61,430 nucleotides of DNA from a virus (taxonomy: Duplodnaviria; Heunggongvirae; Uroviricota; Caudoviricetes): IMG/VR virus record IMGVR_UViG_2663762648_000013. The stretch is one strand, 5' to 3'. Shown one piece after another: positions 60,195 through 61,430 of this stretch (position 1 is its first letter; each line of letters opens with the position of its first letter). Under the pieces are notes generated by a model, which saw only the letters and a list, made by a program, of their open reading frames with translations, ran no database searches and had not been told where the DNA came from. The position numbers were made by a program, and so were the translations under genes.

Positions 60195-61430
60195 ATGTCT
60201 AAATTACCAACAGGTGTCGAGATTCGAGGTAAATACATTCGCATCTGGTTCATGTTTCGAGGAAAACGATGTCGGGAAACATTGAAAGGCTGGGAGGTTA
60301 CTAACAGTAACATTAAAAAAGCCGGGAATTTAAGAGCGTTGATAGTTCATGAAATCAATTCCGGTGAGTTTGAGTATTTAAGACGTTTTCCCCAGTCCAG
60401 CACTGGGGCAAAAATGGTGACAACGAGGGTCATAAAAACGTTCGGGGAGCTTTGTGATATCTGGACAAAAATTAAAGAAACAGAGTTAACAACAAACACA
60501 ATGAAGAAAACGAAATCACAATTAAAAACACTCAGGATAATAATTTGTGAGAGTACTCCGATATCGCATATTCGTTATAGCGATATCTTAAACTACCGGA
60601 ATGAACTGCTGCATGGAGAAACGCTTTACCTGGATAATCCAAGATCCAACAAAAAAGGAAGAACCGTGCGCACAGTTGATAACTATATCGCCCTGCTCTG
60701 TTCGTTGTTACGTTTTGCGTATCAGTCGGGATTTATATCAACCAAACCATTTGAAGGAGTAAAGAAATTACAGAGAAACAGAATAAAGCCTGACCCGTTA
60801 TCTAAAACAGAATTCAATGCATTAATGGAAAGTGAAAAAGGACAGAGCCAGAACTTGTGGAAATTTGCCGTATACTCCGGGCTTCGTCACGGGGAACTGG
60901 CTGCTCTGGCGTGGGAGGATGTGGATTTCGAGAAGGGAGTTGTGAATGTCAGAAGAAACCTGACGATACTGGATATGTTCGGTCCCCCAAAAACAAATGC
61001 GGGGATCCGGACGGTAACACTACTGCAGCCTGCTCTTGAAGCACTGAAGGAGCAATACAAACTGACCGGGCATCATCGCAAAAGCGAAATCACTTTTTAT
61101 CATCGGGAGTACGGCAGAACCGAAAAGCAAAAACTGCATTTTGTTTTCATGCCCAGAGTGTGTAACGGAAAACAGAAACCTTATTACTCGGTAAGCAGTT
61201 TGGGTGCGAGATGGAATGCAGCAGTAAAACGTGCTGGTATTCGCCGCCGTAATCCGTACCATACGCGGCATACTTTTGCCTGCTGGCTGTTGACGGCAGG
61301 AGCGAACCCGGCGTTTATAGCCAGCCAGATGGGGCATGAAACTGCGCAGATGGTGTATGAAATTTACGGTATGTGGATTGATGACATGAACGACGAACAG
61401 GTAGCCATGTTGAATGCGCGGTTATCGTAG
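60195..61430 (+). CDS. intR: tyrosine-type prophage integrase (IntR-like)
   Basis: 411-aa ORF; C-terminal catalytic region with HTRHTFA...Y signature. Confidence 0.9.
   Translation: MSKLPTGVEIRGKYIRIWFMFRGKRCRETLKGWEVTNSNIKKAGNLRALIVHEINSGEFEYLRRFPQSSTGAKMVTTRVIKTFGELCDIWTKIKETELTTNTMKKTKSQLKTLRIIICESTPISHIRYSDILNYRNELLHGETLYLDNPRSNKKGRTVRTVDNYIALLCSLLRFAYQSGFISTKPFEGVKKLQRNRIKPDPLSKTEFNALMESEKGQSQNLWKFAVYSGLRHGELAALAWEDVDFEKGVVNVRRNLTILDMFGPPKTNAGIRTVTLLQPALEALKEQYKLTGHHRKSEITFYHREYGRTEKQKLHFVFMPRVCNGKQKPYYSVSSLGARWNAAVKRAGIRRRNPYHTRHTFACWLLTAGANPAFIASQMGHETAQMVYEIYGMWIDDMNDEQVAMLNARLS

Noticed and set aside
61400-61430. Prophage attachment site next to the integrase
   Set aside because: The window ends at the integrase stop codon, so attL/attR and the flanking host gene are not visible; no att core can be called from this sequence.

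Overview
This 61.4 kb window is almost entirely Enterobacteriaceae (E. coli-like) lambdoid prophage DNA, with no rRNA, tRNA or CRISPR array recognised. All family assignments below come from reading the supplied translations and motifs; no database search was run. Two structural modules meet tail-to-tail. On the + strand (1-9458) is an HK97-like head and lambda-like tail module: prohead protease, major capsid, connector proteins, major tail, G/GT chaperone, tape measure, M, L, K. On the - strand (14267-61430) is a Rac-type prophage that appears complete: intR, xis, ydaC, ralR, recT, recE, racC, ydaE, kilR, sieB, racR, ydaS/T/U/V replication genes, nin-region genes, Q, a phage-21-type lysis cassette, trkG, terminase, portal, capsid and tail genes. 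Between them (9100-14267) lies a mosaic of duplicated and inverted tail-tip gene fragments (L, K, I, J N-terminus) broken by single-N junctions. The replication region (42199-52500) is likewise repeated, with N junctions, an IS3-family element and one chimeric junction, so gene order there should not be trusted. The most interesting candidate is an AT-rich two-gene cassette (38845-40884, - strand) between the replication and nin/Q modules: one protein carries an RNxxxH HEPN-type motif, the other a GNAT-like C-terminal motif. Other cargo worth follow-up: two tandem TolA C-terminal-domain lipoproteins between Q and the holin, a QueH-like gene, a ParB-like plus GT-A-like pair next to the terminase, a YeaR-like gene, a 28-codon hydrophobic peptide ORF, and an apparently truncated ralR.
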